A stretch of 64,000 nucleotides of DNA from Mobula hypostoma. Lineage: Eukaryota. The DNA lies in the NCBI RefSeq assembly GCF_963921235.1, contig NC_086108.1, forward strand, positions 45,324,001 through 45,388,000. The letters run 5' to 3'. This document shows, piece by piece, positions 38,040 through 50,391 of this stretch (the first letter of the stretch is position 1; each line of letters opens with the position of its first letter). The notes below the pieces were generated by a model that did no database searches, was not told where the DNA came from, and was given only the letters and a program-made list of their open reading frames with translations. A program made the translations under genes and the position numbers.

Positions 38040-39830
38040 TTTGATTACCCCTAACACAGACCTTCCCTTCATCATGGAAGTGGACGTCTTGGACATTGGA
38101 GTGGGTGCAGTGTTGTCTTAATGGACACCTTCAGACAATAAACTGCAGCCGTGTGCATTCTTTTCCAGGCAGCTATCCCTCACTGAGGTGAACAACAACA
38201 CTGGAAATAGAGGGCTGCGGGTGGTCAAGTTGGTTCTGGAGGACTGACGTTATTGCCTTGAGGGGGCCAAGAATCCTTTTATGGTGTGGACAGACCACAG
38301 GAACCCAGCTTATATTCAGGAGGCCAAGTGTTTGAATTCCAGGCAGGACAGGTGGTCTCTTTTCTTTAACTGTTTTAATTTCATCCTAATCTATTGACTG
38401 GGGTCAAATAACCAGACGCCAGGTGCTTTATGATGAACCTGAACGAGAGGAGCAGCCTAGCACCGTTTTTCCCCAAGCCAAGGTGATAATACCAATTCAC
38501 CGGGAAATCAACACACTTGTTCGCAAGGCCCAGGCACAAAGGGAGATTCCTCAGAACGGCCCTCCAAGTTGGCTATTCATTCCAAGTCTCATCTCAGGTT
38601 CTTCAATGGGGACATGAATCGACAATGACCACGCACCCTGGGATTGCCAGGTTGCTTGAGTTCATTAAGACAAGATATTGGTGGCCTGGAATGGCGAGGG
38701 ATGTCTGTAAATATGTGCAGGTTTGTGGGCTGTTCGCCCTGAACAAGGAGCCCCACACCCACCCTCAAGCATTCCTTCTCCCTCTGCCTGTTCCAGAAAG
38801 ATGATGGTCTCACAGATCCATGGACATTGTCATGGGTCTTCCTCCTTCCAAGAGGAAGACTGTTATCATGGAAATTGTGGATTGTTTTTTGAAGGCCTGA
38901 AAATTCATCGCTTTGGACAGACTACCATCTGCAGCAGAGAGGGCTGAAATTGTCCTGCACCAAGTCTTCAGGATCCATGGTTTTCTGGTGGACGTTGTGT
39001 TGGATTGCGGTCCGCAATTCGTATCATGATTTTGGAGGGCGTTTTGCAAGCTGATCGGGGCAACAACAAGTTGTTCCTCTGGGCTTCACCTGCAGTCCAA
39101 CGAACAGACAGAGCGGGTGAACCCTAAGGTACCTGGCCTCTGAAAGACCAGATGAGTGGTACGTTCATTTGATGTGAACAGAGGTCGCCCACAACACTTT
39201 ACAGCATTCGGCGCATAGAAAGTCTCCTTTCAAATGCCAATTCAGGTATTCTCCACCACTCTTCCCTAAGCAAGAGGCTGAAGTTGGGGTTCCTGCTGCC
39301 AAAGATCTCGTCCAATGCTGCAAGGAGAAATGGACAAGGGCGAGGGAGATTTTGTTAGCTTCAACCCGAAAGGCTAAAATAAATGCTAACTGCAAGAGAA
39401 GACAGGGGCCAGCTTTTCAGCTTGGGCAACAGGTCTGGCTGTCAACTTAGGATTTGCCTTTCTGAGTAGAGTCCAAGAAATTGGCACCTAAGTTCATTGA
39501 ACCCTTTAGGATTCTCTGGAAAGCAAACCCGGTGGCTTACCCCAAAACCGTCAAAATCAATCCCACTTTCCATATTTCTAAATTAAAACCTGTGAACACC
39601 AGCCCTTTAGCCCCACCAACATCAGTCCCATCCCCCCCGGCCACCCCCAGGTGTGTTGATCAGGAACAGGTCTTCACTGTGAGAAGAATTTAGGATTCAT
39701 GAACTGTTTGGGGAGTTCAGCAGTTCCTTGTCGACTGGAAAAGATTCGGACATGAGGAACAATGCTGGGTTCCTGAAAGGGACATCTTGGATTTGGCTCA
39801 CTTCCATGACTATAAGCATCATTCCTCCGA
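38040..39830 (+). mobile_element. Decayed chromoviral Gypsy (Tf2/sushi-like) pol: RNase H, integrase, chromodomain
   Basis: PFIMEVDVLDIGVGAVLS (RNase H); HESTMTTHPGI...YWWPGMARDVCKYVQVCGLF (integrase zinc finger); LAPKFIEPF and INPTFHISKLKP (GPY/F); FTVRRI...FLVDWK...WVPERDILD (chromodomain). Confidence 0.88.
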
Positions 39831-40039
39831 GCAGCAAAGGGCTGTCATGTGGTTGATAGCTGGCCATATTCTGCATGGCAATCTGTGCAGGTGCTGCTGG
39901 ATATTGAATGCTCTTTGGTGGTTCTTTAATATATGTTGGGGAGGTGAATTTGGAGGATTGGTTTCTGCAAAATTGTTCCATTGTTCATTGTTTCATTAGG
40001 GTAGTATGATAGTTCAAAGTACATTACTGAATACATTGA

Positions 40040-40569
40040 ATAATACACTGCTGACTCGTGACTGTGTTGCAGGATTCAGCTCAAACCGGGCCATCAAGTT
40101 TGCAGATGACACAACAGTGATTGGCATCGTCAACAACAATGACGAGTTGGAGTGCAGAGAGGAAGTGGAGCATCTTGTGGACTGGTGTGAGAAGAACAAC
40201 CTAAGTCTGAATGTGGAGAAAACCATGGAAATGCTTGTGGACTTTAGGAAGGTGTAGATGAACCATCACCCTCTATGCATCCATGGCCCCTGTGTAGAGA
40301 GAGTTAAGTGTAACAATTTCCTGGGAATTCACGTCACAGATTAATTCACCTCTCCCCTCAATATCACCTCCCTGAATAAGAAGGCACAGCAGCGCCTGCA
40401 CTTTCTGAGGAGATTGAGACAAGCGAGGCTCCCCCACCATCTTAAATGAATTTTACAGGAGCACCATTGAGACCGTCCTGACAAGTTGCATCTCTATCTG
40501 GTATGGGAGCAGCCAAGCATCAGATGGGTCCTTATGAAGGACTGTGAGAATGGCTGAAAGGATCATAGA
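40040..40569 (+). mobile_element. Rex/Babar RT fragment
   Basis: IKFADDTTVIG, WCEKNNLSLNVEKT and AQQRLHFLRRL. Confidence 0.82.
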
Positions 40570-41269
40570 CAATGTTCTCTCTAATTTTTAGTAGTCAGTG
40601 TGCGCAAAAATCTTATGTTGTGCAAATTTTTTTCCTGTGACAGAAGTATGTGCGCACTGAATGCACACATGGCACAGTTTATGTAGGTTTACAAAATATT
40701 TGACATAAAACTGCACAGAATAACAACAAAATAACATACATATTTAAGTCACTCAGTTATTTTTTCTCTCTCCTGTCTTTGGCATTTACCCATTCTTTGT
40801 AAACTCTATCTAGACTAATAGAACTTCCATCCAATTGATAGCTTTTGATTCTCATTAACATATCCAAATAACATTCACCTAAACGGTTTCTCAGCTGGTT
40901 TTTGAGTTGATTCATTAGGCTAAAACCTCGTTCACAGTCCGCACTAGACGCAAGAAAGGTTCCCCCAATGTCCATCAACTGTGCAAGGTCAGAAAACTGT
41001 TCATTTTGAAGTACAAATGCCACCATTTGAGCAAAGTTTGAAATCAGTTTGGATTTAATTTTTTCTTGCATGGAAAATTTGAAACCATTAAACTGTCTAA
41101 CTATTTCAATATTTTCAGCTAGAAAATCATGATATTTTAGACATAAGGCATTAACTTGTTCATCGCCAAATGTGAAGTCACAATCTGCAATTGCGGAGAA
41201 ATCAAAAGCTGACCATTCTTGTACCTCATCTTCAGGAAATCTTTCTTCTAAATGAACACAAAGACTAAA
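40570..41269 (-). mobile_element. hAT transposon 3' part with dimerisation (hATC) domain
   Basis: ORF 40757-41356 contains TFLASSADCERGFSLMNQLKNQLRNRL...LDMLMRI. Terminus caatgttctctctaa at 40570. Confidence 0.82.
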
Positions 41270-41950
41270 CAGGTTTTCCCCGCCATCCAAAGGTAGAGTG
41301 TTCCCATGAAATGGTTCATAAGCCGGAATGTCGTAAAACGAAGAAGCAATTACCATTTATTTATATGGGAAAATTTTGTGAGTGTTCGCAGACCCAAAAG
41401 TAACCTATCAAATCATGCCAAATAACACATAAAACCTAAAATAACAGTAACATATAGTAAAAGCAGGAATGATATGATAAATACACAGCCTATATAAAGT
41501 AAAAATACTTTTCCACATTCATTGCCTGAACTATTCTCTGTAACAAAAATCTCACACAAGCGCTCTCGGCAAAAGCACGGCGCAAGTGCTCTCCAGTAAC
41601 TTTTAAGCTATGAAGCTGCCAAATCATACCAAATAACACGTAAAAATACACAATCGATATAAAGTAGAAATAATGTATGTACAGTGTACTATCACTTATC
41701 GGAATTGGGACAGCGCCGAGCACACTGATGATGGTGTGTTAGGCTGAGTCGTCGCAGGTTGGGCTGGTGCAGTGGCCCCCACCCTCCAGGCAGCGAACCA
41801 ATACCAATCCGTGAAGAATGCAGGGGTCCAGCAGTACCCGGGAGGCACACAGCACATCTTTAAGAAAAAAGCTGAAATAAACATGCTAATTAATTAGGTG
41901 CCACCCGGCGCGTAATTGTCGGCCCAGATCAGAGGTGATTGCTGATTGTA
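41270..41950. mobile_element. Probable Tigger/pogo-like non-autonomous element truncating the hAT ORF
   Basis: Begins caggttttcccc...gtgttcccatgaaa...gtcgtaaaacgaa and is CpG-rich. No matching right TIR seen. Confidence 0.45.
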
Positions 41951-43174
41951 GCATTGCGAATGCAAAGCAAGGCCATGGCCTTCTTGGCCTATAACAATGA
42001 AAGTGAATATTGACATACTGTGAACCTTGAAAATGGTCATCCATGGCTTGTCTTTGAGATCTCTGATCCAATACCTAAATGCCTTGCCACAAAGTTCTTG
42101 CATTGCCTGATGAGTGGGACTTTGTTTAAAAGATTGATCTCAGCATGAAATATACTTACCTTGGAGGATCTCCATTCTGAAATTTTGATTTCTGTGAATG
42201 GTGGCTGTTTGAAATTGCAGTTAACCCAGCTGGGATGAGGACAAGTTCATTCATACAACACCATGAGAGATCTGTTTTAAGTCACTGTGCAAATTGACAA
42301 TTTCAAGCAGCACTTTAGGCCTAAATTAGTGAATATTTAGTGGTAGAGGGACGATGTTTTACTTGCTTCACAAAAATCTTCCTCATATTCTTCAGTCTCT
42401 TGTAGGAGTTACCATGATAAGTACTAAAGAATGGACCAGGCAGGAGGGAAGATTCTTGACATCAGATTTAATATCAAATTGGATGTTGCAATCTGATTCT
42501 TAGAATAACATGGCAACTATGGCCCTAATCCAGTAATTTCATCACCATGTGCTCCACTGTAGTGAAGCAATCAACTTTATTGGAAAAATCTCTGATTATT
42601 TGCTGGCTATTATAGTTGTCTTTGAGTACTTTAATATTAATGAAGTGGTGAGCTTGCTTTTGAATTAAGAGAAATTTTAAGAATCATTCCTGGAAAGCTT
42701 GCTTTACAGCCGGAGTGGTTTATTTACCGGGGATCTTTGAGAAAGCAAGTAAGGACCTAGAAAGTGTGTGCTCTCTGATGGGAGCTGGAAGAATCAACAA
42801 AGTGTTGATACACCAGGGTGTATTCAGTTTTAGTATTGTTAGCTTCTTGCATCATATTGCCTGTTTCCTGCTTACATTGCTAGCAATCCAAGGAGAATAG
42901 TATAAACTCCTTTTTGTAATGGGCACAGAGTTCTGGCATCAGGATATCACATCTGGATACAGCGGAGCAGGTAAAGCATCAGGTAATTCCTTCCTAGGTG
43001 GCAGACCAAACATGCCAAAATGTAACACAGGCTGAATGAACTTCGCATACAGAGAACCGTGTACCATGTTGGCGGTCACTTATTATTATAAGTTGCATTA
43101 GTGATATGAAATATCATTGGTAGAAAGGGAGAAATTATAAATATAGCCTCCCCTTAGAATGAGAGGACATATTA

Positions 43175-44291
43175 GAAAACCATAGAAAAACTACAGCACA
43201 GAAACAGGCCTTTTGGCCCTTCTTGGCTGTGACAAACTATTTTCTGTCTAGTCCCACTGACCTGCACACGGACCGTATCCCTCCATACACCTCCCATCCA
43301 TGTATCTGTCCAATTTATTCTTAAATGTTAAAAAAGAACCCGCATTTACCACCTCGTCTGGCAGCTCATTCAACACTCCCACCACTCTCTGTGTAAAGAA
43401 GTCTCCCTTAATGTTCCCTTTAAACTTTTCCCCCTTCACCCTTAACCCATGCCCTCTGGTTTTTTTCTTCCTTTGCCTCAGTGGAAAAAGCCTGCTTGCA
43501 TTCATTCTATCTATACCCATCATAATTTCATATACCTCTATCAAATCTTCCCTCATTCTTCTACGCTCCAGGGAATAAAGTCCTAACCTATTCAACCTTT
43601 CTCTGTAACTCAGTTTCTCAAGTCCCGGCAACATCCTTGTAAACCTTCTCTGCACTCTTTCAACCTTATTAATATCCTTCCTGTAATTTGGTGACCAAAA
43701 CTGAACACAATTCTCCAGATTCGGCCTCATCAATGCCTTATACAACCTCATCATAACATTCCAGCTCTAATACTCAATACTTCGATTAATAAAGGCCAAT
43801 GTACCAAAAGCTCTCTTTACGACCCTATCTACCTGTGACGCCACTTTTAGGGAATTTTGTATCTGTATTCCCAGATCCCTCTGTTCCACTGCACTCCTCA
43901 GTGCCTTACCATTAACCCTATATGTTCTACGTTGGTTTGTCCTTCCAACGTGCAATACCTCACACTTGTCTGTATTAAACTTCATCTGCCATTTTTCAGC
44001 CCATTTTTCCAGCTGGTCCAAGTCCCTCTGCAGGCTCTGAAAACCATTAGTCACAGGCCTCCACTCTGAGAAGCAATTCTCTACTACCACTCTTTGGCTT
44101 CTTCCATTGAGCCAATGTCTAATCCAATTTACCACCTCTCCATGTATACCTAGCAACTGAATTTTCCTAACTAACCTCCCATGCGGGACCTTGTCAAAGG
44201 CCTTACTGAAGTCCATGTAGACAACATCCACTGCCTTCCCTTCATCCACTTTCCTGGTAACCTCCTCGAAAAACTCCAATAGATTGGTCAC
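43175..44291 (-). mobile_element. Relatively young CR1 LINE with internal RT deletion
   Basis: ORFs 43767-44291 (TNLLEFFEEV, YMDFSKAFDKVPH) and 43248-43754 (to GQWD). EWRPVTNG joins directly to FQSLQRDL. Confidence 0.92.
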
Positions 44292-45130
44292 AGGGATAAT
44301 ACTGGGAACTACAGACCAGTAAGTGCTACTTCAGTGGTGAGCAAACTATTGGAGAGGTTCTTAAAGAACCGATTTGCAAGCATTTGCAGAAGCAGAGTTT
44401 GATTAGGGATAGTCAGCATGGCTTTCTGAGGGGTAGATCATGCCTCCTGAGTCTGATTGAATTTTTTGAGTTATTGACAAAATAATCTGATGAAGGGAGA
44501 GCATTTATTGTGATGTATGTATATGGATTTTAGTAAGATGTTTGATAAGATTCCCCATGTATTCGGAAATTCAGGAGGCGCAGGATCTAAGGAAACTTGG
44601 CTGTGTGGATTTGGAGTTGGCTTGCCCATAGAAGGCAGAGGGTGACAGTGCTCTGTCTGGGGGTCTGTGATCGGTGGTGGTCCACACATATCTCTTATAG
44701 GACCTCTGCTCTTTGTGATTTTTGTAAATGACTTTAAAGAGGAAGTGGGAATGTGGGTTATCAAGTTTGCAGATTGGTTGTGTTGTGTTAGGTTTCAATG
44801 GGACATTGAAAAGATGCAGAACATAGAACATAGGTACAGACTACTTGGCACATGATGTTTTGCCAAACCAGCTAGAAAGCAAATCAACAACACCCTAACA
44901 CTAATCCCTCCTACCTACACGATGTTCATATCTCTCCATTTTCCTTACATCCCTGTGCTTATCCAAACATCTCTTAAAAGCCTCTAATGTTATTTGCCTC
45001 TACCACCACACCAGGCAGCACAGTCCAGGCATTCACAACTCTGAATAAAAAACTTACCCCTCACATCCCACTTGAAACTACCCCCTCTCACCCTCAATGC
45101 ATGCCCTCTGGTATTGGACGTTTCAACCCC
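44292..45130. mobile_element. Older CR1 fragments (plus-strand RT to about 44820, then a minus-strand 3' end)
   Basis: NYRPVS, MDFSKMFDKIP, GPLLFVIFVND and KFAD, followed by agaacatagaacatag (reverse CR1 tail). Confidence 0.75.
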
Positions 45131-46288
45131 ATTTACCTGGAAGATGGAAGATCATGTCCTGTTACTCAGTTTTGCTGTCTGCCATACCCAGTGCGACACT
45201 TTCTAGTCAGGAAGATTTTCCCAGCTTGCTGACCCAAAACAACCAGGACCCAACCACTAGTGTGTTCTGAGTGCTGGCTGGGTGTCATGCAGAAGAAAGC
45301 AGTTTGCCTCCGACAACACATTGAAATCTGAGATAGCCAGCAAAGCTTTTTACTCAGTTTATCAGTTCTCAAAGATATTTTAAAAGTCTTTTTTAAGAAT
45401 CTCTGATATTGAGATGTTAAGAACCAAAGAAATTAATTAAAACTTAAAAAACAACTAATTATTTTGTATAATAAGAAATTATTATAGTTAAAAATAACTG
45501 CAAATAAAATATACAAATAATTTAAACCATTAAGTTAAAATTAAATAATTAAAAGCGGGAAACTTTCCCCTTTGCTTCAGAAACCCTATAGTTCTCATTG
45601 AAGCTCCTTGAGCCCATTGGGGAAACCAGCAGTAGGAGTGGCTCTGTGTGACATCCATCAGAACACTAAACGTAAATCAGTCCAAGCCTGGTGTTTCTAT
45701 GTGTGATGGCACGTATGTAAAAGTTCTGGACCTGTTGCTTTTTAATGGCTAAACACTGGAGGTTTTGGAAAGCACCAATAGCATTAGTCTGTGAGATCTT
45801 ACCCATTGTACACAGGTAGCTAAGAACAGTCTGCATTTACTTATTGAGATTAATGAAAGAACAATAGATGATGGATAATTTAATAATCTTTAATAAACGA
45901 TAGATACTGTTTATGTAATGTGATAGAGGTTTGAGTAGCTAGATTAAGATCACCTTTATTAGCATTTGTTGAATTCATTCTTTCAATTAACTCATTAAAA
46001 TTCTTGTTTACAAATAAAATCAGTAACAGAAGAGGAAGAGGCAGAGAGAAAAGCAAAAATGCACTGTTGCCCTCTCCTGGTAGAAAGGTTTAAAATAAAA
46101 TGTTTTATTTTATAGCAGTATTACTGTTGAATTTGCCTATTATAAACAGAGGATTTGAAATATTTGGGTTGATTCAGATCATATTTATTTGCTTACTCTA
46201 GCATGATTTATCTCTGCAAAACATTTAATATTGGAAGATGTGTTAATATGATTTTATGTGTTCTATGGGTATTGTATATTGAATTCCA

Positions 46289-47320
46289 AATCAGAATCAG
46301 GTTTATTATCACCGGCATGGAACGTGAAATTTGTTAACTTAGCAGCAGCAGTTCAATGCAATACATAATATAGAACAGAAAAAATAAAATAATAATTATA
46401 AACAAATAAGTAAACCAATGACAATATACATATATTGAATTGAATAAAAACATGCAAAAATCAGAAATACTGTATATTTTTAAAAAGTGAGATAGTGTCC
46501 AAGGGTTCAATGTCCATTTAGGAATCGGATGGCAGAGAGAAAGAAGCTGAGTGTGAGCCTTTAGGCTTCTGTATCTCCTACCCGATTGTAACAGTGAGAA
46601 AAGGGCATGCCCTGGGGTGCTGGAGGTCCTTAATAATGGACGCTGCCTTTCTAAGACACCGCACCCTAAAGATGTCCTGGGTATTTTGTGAGCTGGTGCC
46701 TGAGATGGAGCTGACTAGATTTACAACCCTCTGCAGCTTCTTTTGGTCCTGTGCAGTAGCCCCTCCATACCAGACAGTGATGCAGCCTGTCAGAATGCTC
46801 TCCACAGTACAACTATAGAAGATTTTGAGTGTATTTGTTGACATGCCAAATCTCTTCAAACTCCTAATGAAGTATAGTTCCTATCTCGCTTTCTTTATAA
46901 CTACATCGATATGTTGGGACCAGGTTAGATCCTCAGAGATCTTGACACCCAGGAACTTGAAGCTGCTCACTCTCTCCACTTCTGATCCCTCTATGAGGAT
47001 TGGTATATGTTCCTTCATCTTACCCTTTCTGAAGTCTGCAATCAGCTCTTTCGTCTTACTGACATTGAGTGTCAGGTTGTTGCTGTGGCACCAGTTCACT
47101 AGTTGGCATATCTCACTCCTGTACGCCCTCTTGCCACCACCTGAGATTCTACCAACAATGGTTGTATCGTCAGCAAGTTTATAGATGGTGCTTGAGATAT
47201 GCCTAGCCACACAGTCATGTGTATACAGAGAGTAGCGCAGTGGGCTAAGCACACACCCCTGAGGTGCACCAGTGTTGACCGTCAGTGAGGAGGATATGTT
47301 ATCACCAATCCACACAGATT
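46289..47320 (-). mobile_element. Rex/Babar LINE, 5'-truncated
   Basis: ORF 46881-47315 TGAPQGCVLSPL...KLADDTT...FKFLGV and ORF 46578-46859. (TCTGAT)n tail at about 46289-46301. Confidence 0.92.
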
Positions 47321-47468
47321 AGTAGTTACGATCTATCAATTGTTAAAGTTAACGGAAATGGTAAATTAAGTATTACCTTGGTAATTCTACATGGCATTGA
47401 AAGATTAGGTGGTAGGACTATGAGTGGAACTGCGGAATAAGAAATGTATAACCATATTAATGGGGCTA

Positions 47469-47789
47469 CGAAGGGTGATGGATAAGTTTGTGGCATAAGG
47501 TAGAAGGAGTCAATTTTAGAAAACCTAGCACATTTATTTTTCAACATAGTCCCCGCCTACATTTACACACTTAGTCCAGCAGTTGTGGAGCATACAGATC
47601 TTGGACCTCCAGAAAGTGTCCACAGCAGGGGTGATTGATAAGTTCATGGCCTAAGATAAAAGGAGATGAGTTATACAGCTCTCGTTACATGCACATGCAG
47701 TTCAACTCTTTGAGTGATTATGCAGAAAGTTTGAAGTTAGTAACTCATCTCCTTCTACCTTAGGCCACGAACTTATCAATCACCCTTCG
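47469..47789. mobile_element. Mariner-like MITE
   Basis: TA-flanked TIRs CGAAGGGTGATGGATAAGTTTGTGGCATAAGGTAGAAGGAG and CTCCTTCTACCTTAGGCCACGAACTTATCAATCACCCTTCG. Confidence 0.85.
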
Positions 47790-48830
47790 TATATTACAGA
47801 CCACCCAACAGTCTGTGGAATTTAGAAGAACAAATACGTAGAGAAATTGTAGACGGCTGCAAGAAACATAAGGTTGTTATAGTAGGTGATTTTAACTTTC
47901 CACATATTGACTGGAACTCCAATATTGTAAAAGGACTAGATAAGATACAGTTGGTCAAACCTGTTCAGGAAAATTTTCTTCATTAGTAGAGGTCCTGTCC
48001 AGAGAGAGAGAGTGTGATACTGGATCTCCTATTAGGGAACGGGACAGGGCAGGCGACAGAAGTTTGTGTAGGGAAATACTTTGCATCTAATGGTCATAAT
48101 GCCATTAGTTTAAAGATATTTATGGAGAAGGATAGGTCTGGTCCAGGGTTGAGATTCTGAACTGGAGAAAAAACAAACTCAATGGTATCAGGAAGGATCT
48201 GGCAAGTGTGGATTCGGACAGGCTGTTGTCTGGCAAAAGTGTACTTGCTAAATGGGAGATCTTCAAAAGTAAAATTTATGCCTATCAGAATAAAATGTAA
48301 AGATAACAGGTGTAGGGAGCCTTGGTTTTCAAGAGATATTGAGGCCCCTGTTAAAAAAAAATTAGGTGCATATCGGGTAGAGGCAGATAGGAACAAATGA
48401 GGTGCTTAAGGAGTATAGGAAATGCAAGAGAACACTTCAGAAAGAAATCAGAAGGGCTAAAAGAAGGCATGAGGCTGCCCTAGCAAACAAGGTGAAGGAG
48501 AATCCTAGGAGATTCTACATTTATGTTAAGAGCAAAATGATTACAAGGGACAAAATTGGTCCTCTGGAAGATCAGAATGGTAAACTGCACATTTAGCCAA
48601 ACAGATAGCGTAGATCTTAAATGGATATTTTGCATCTGTGTCTACTCAGTAGATGGACACAGACTCTATAGAAGTGAGGTAAAGCAGCAGTGAGGTCACG
48701 AGCCCTATACAGGTTACAGATGGAGGATGTGTTTGCTATCTTGAGGCAAATTAGGGTGGATAAATCCCCAGGTTCTGACAAGATGTTCCCTTGCATCCTG
48801 TGCGAGGCAAATGCAGAAACTGTAGGAGCT

Positions 48831-49384
48831 CCATCATCATCATCATCATCATCAGGTGCCGTGCCCAGTTTGAGCTTTGACTGCCATGGCCCACACACTC
48901 CTGTTTCGTGTCAAGTGGATCAATTTATTGGTATTCATTTCCAGTTCTCTGGCTGCTGTCTCCATCATCATTTGTCTTTGTCTTCCTCTTGCTTTCTTCC
49001 CTCCAATCTTTCCCATAATTACCGTGCATTCTAACTCCTCTTTCCTAATCACACGTCCAATGAAGTTACGTTGCCTTTTCATGATCTCATACATTATTTC
49101 TCTTTTTGTGTTTGTTCTGTTCATGACATCCTCGTTAGATATTCGTTTCGTCCATGATATTCTTTGCATCCTCCTCAAAAACCACATCTCTGCTGCTACA
49201 ATTCGTTTCCTCATGTTACTAGATATTGTCCAACATTCTGAGCCATATAACGTAACTGGATAAACGTAACATTTCAGTACTCTGAGGCAGGTTGTCAGGC
49301 TTAGTTTAGTATTGGTCAGTATACTCTTCATTCTCGTAAAGGTGTCTTTTGCCATCCCTATTCTTCTTCTATTCTATTTTTCTT
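48831..49384 (-). mobile_element. RTE-clade LINE 3' fragment
   Basis: ORF 48852-49355 LKCYVYPVTLYGSECWT...EMWFLRRMQRISW...GKIGGKKARGRQR. (TGA)n tail. TSD tgtaggagct (48821-30) / tgcaggagct (49385-94). Confidence 0.9.
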
Positions 49385-50391
49385 TGCAGGAGCTGTAGCA
49401 AAGATATTTAAATCATCGCTAGTGACAGGTGAGGTACCGGAGGATTGGAGGACAGCTAATGTTGTTCCACTGTTTAAGAAAAGCTCTAAAAGTAAACCAA
49501 GAAATTATAGGCTGGTGAGCCTGACATCAGTTGTGGGAAAGTTATTCTACGAGAATGGATATGTGAGTACTTGGATAGACATGGACTGATTAGGGACAGT
49601 TAGCATGATTTTGTGCTTGGTAGGTTGTGTCTAATCAATCTTATAGAGCTTTTTGAGGAAACTACCAGGGAAATTGACTTTAGCAAAGCATTTGACTAGA
49701 TGCATACGAGCTCAATTTCAATGTTTGAGAGAAGTTTGGATAAGTATGCATATGGAGGGCTATGCTCCAGGTGCAGGTCAATAGGAGTAGGCAGTTTAAA
49801 TGGCATGACACAGACTTGATTGGCCACAGGGCCTGTTTCTGTGCTATACTTTCCCACGACTCTATAAGCAAAAATCATGAAAAGGTTAAAATATAGCTAT
49901 GTTTTCTCATTCGGCTTGAGTTGGACAACTGACAATGAGTAAAACTCTTTTATTTCCCTATCCACATTAATAGTACTTTAAAAAATTGTGATAGGTGACA
50001 CTAGACCATTACTCTTACCATCTTTTCAATTCTTGTTAGTTTTAGTGGTATCTTTAAATAAAATTTCAATGAAATTTTTACATTTATTTATATTTATGTT
50101 AAAATATCTGTATAAAATCTATGTATGGCTTGTGTTTCCATCTGCAAATCTTAGCTCCAGTTGCCATTCATGTTTGTAACTTCACATGGCTACTCACCAC
50201 CCTGTGATTATTTTCAATTTTCCTCTTTTCCTTTGTAGCCCTCTTTAAAGCCATTTTTTTGGAATAGGATTTTGTTTACATCTTCTGATGCTCTTTTTTT
50301 TTACAGTATTGCACAATATTTGAAGTCATCTATGAATGTTGAGTTGCATCTATGTATGTTATATCATTTGCACAGTTCACACATTACAGCT

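Larger units (their letters stand above)
47400..49865 (+). mobile_element. Decayed CR1 ORF2 interrupted by a MITE and an RTE element
   Basis: YYRPP, VGDFNFPHIDW, KENPRRFYIYVKSK, DKSPGSD and NYRLVSLTSVVGK motifs. Confidence 0.85.

Noticed and set aside
42160..42271. Possible minus-strand exon with strong donor (AAG|gtaagt)
   Set aside because: One open frame but no recognisable protein and no partner exons found. Cannot be excluded without RNA data.
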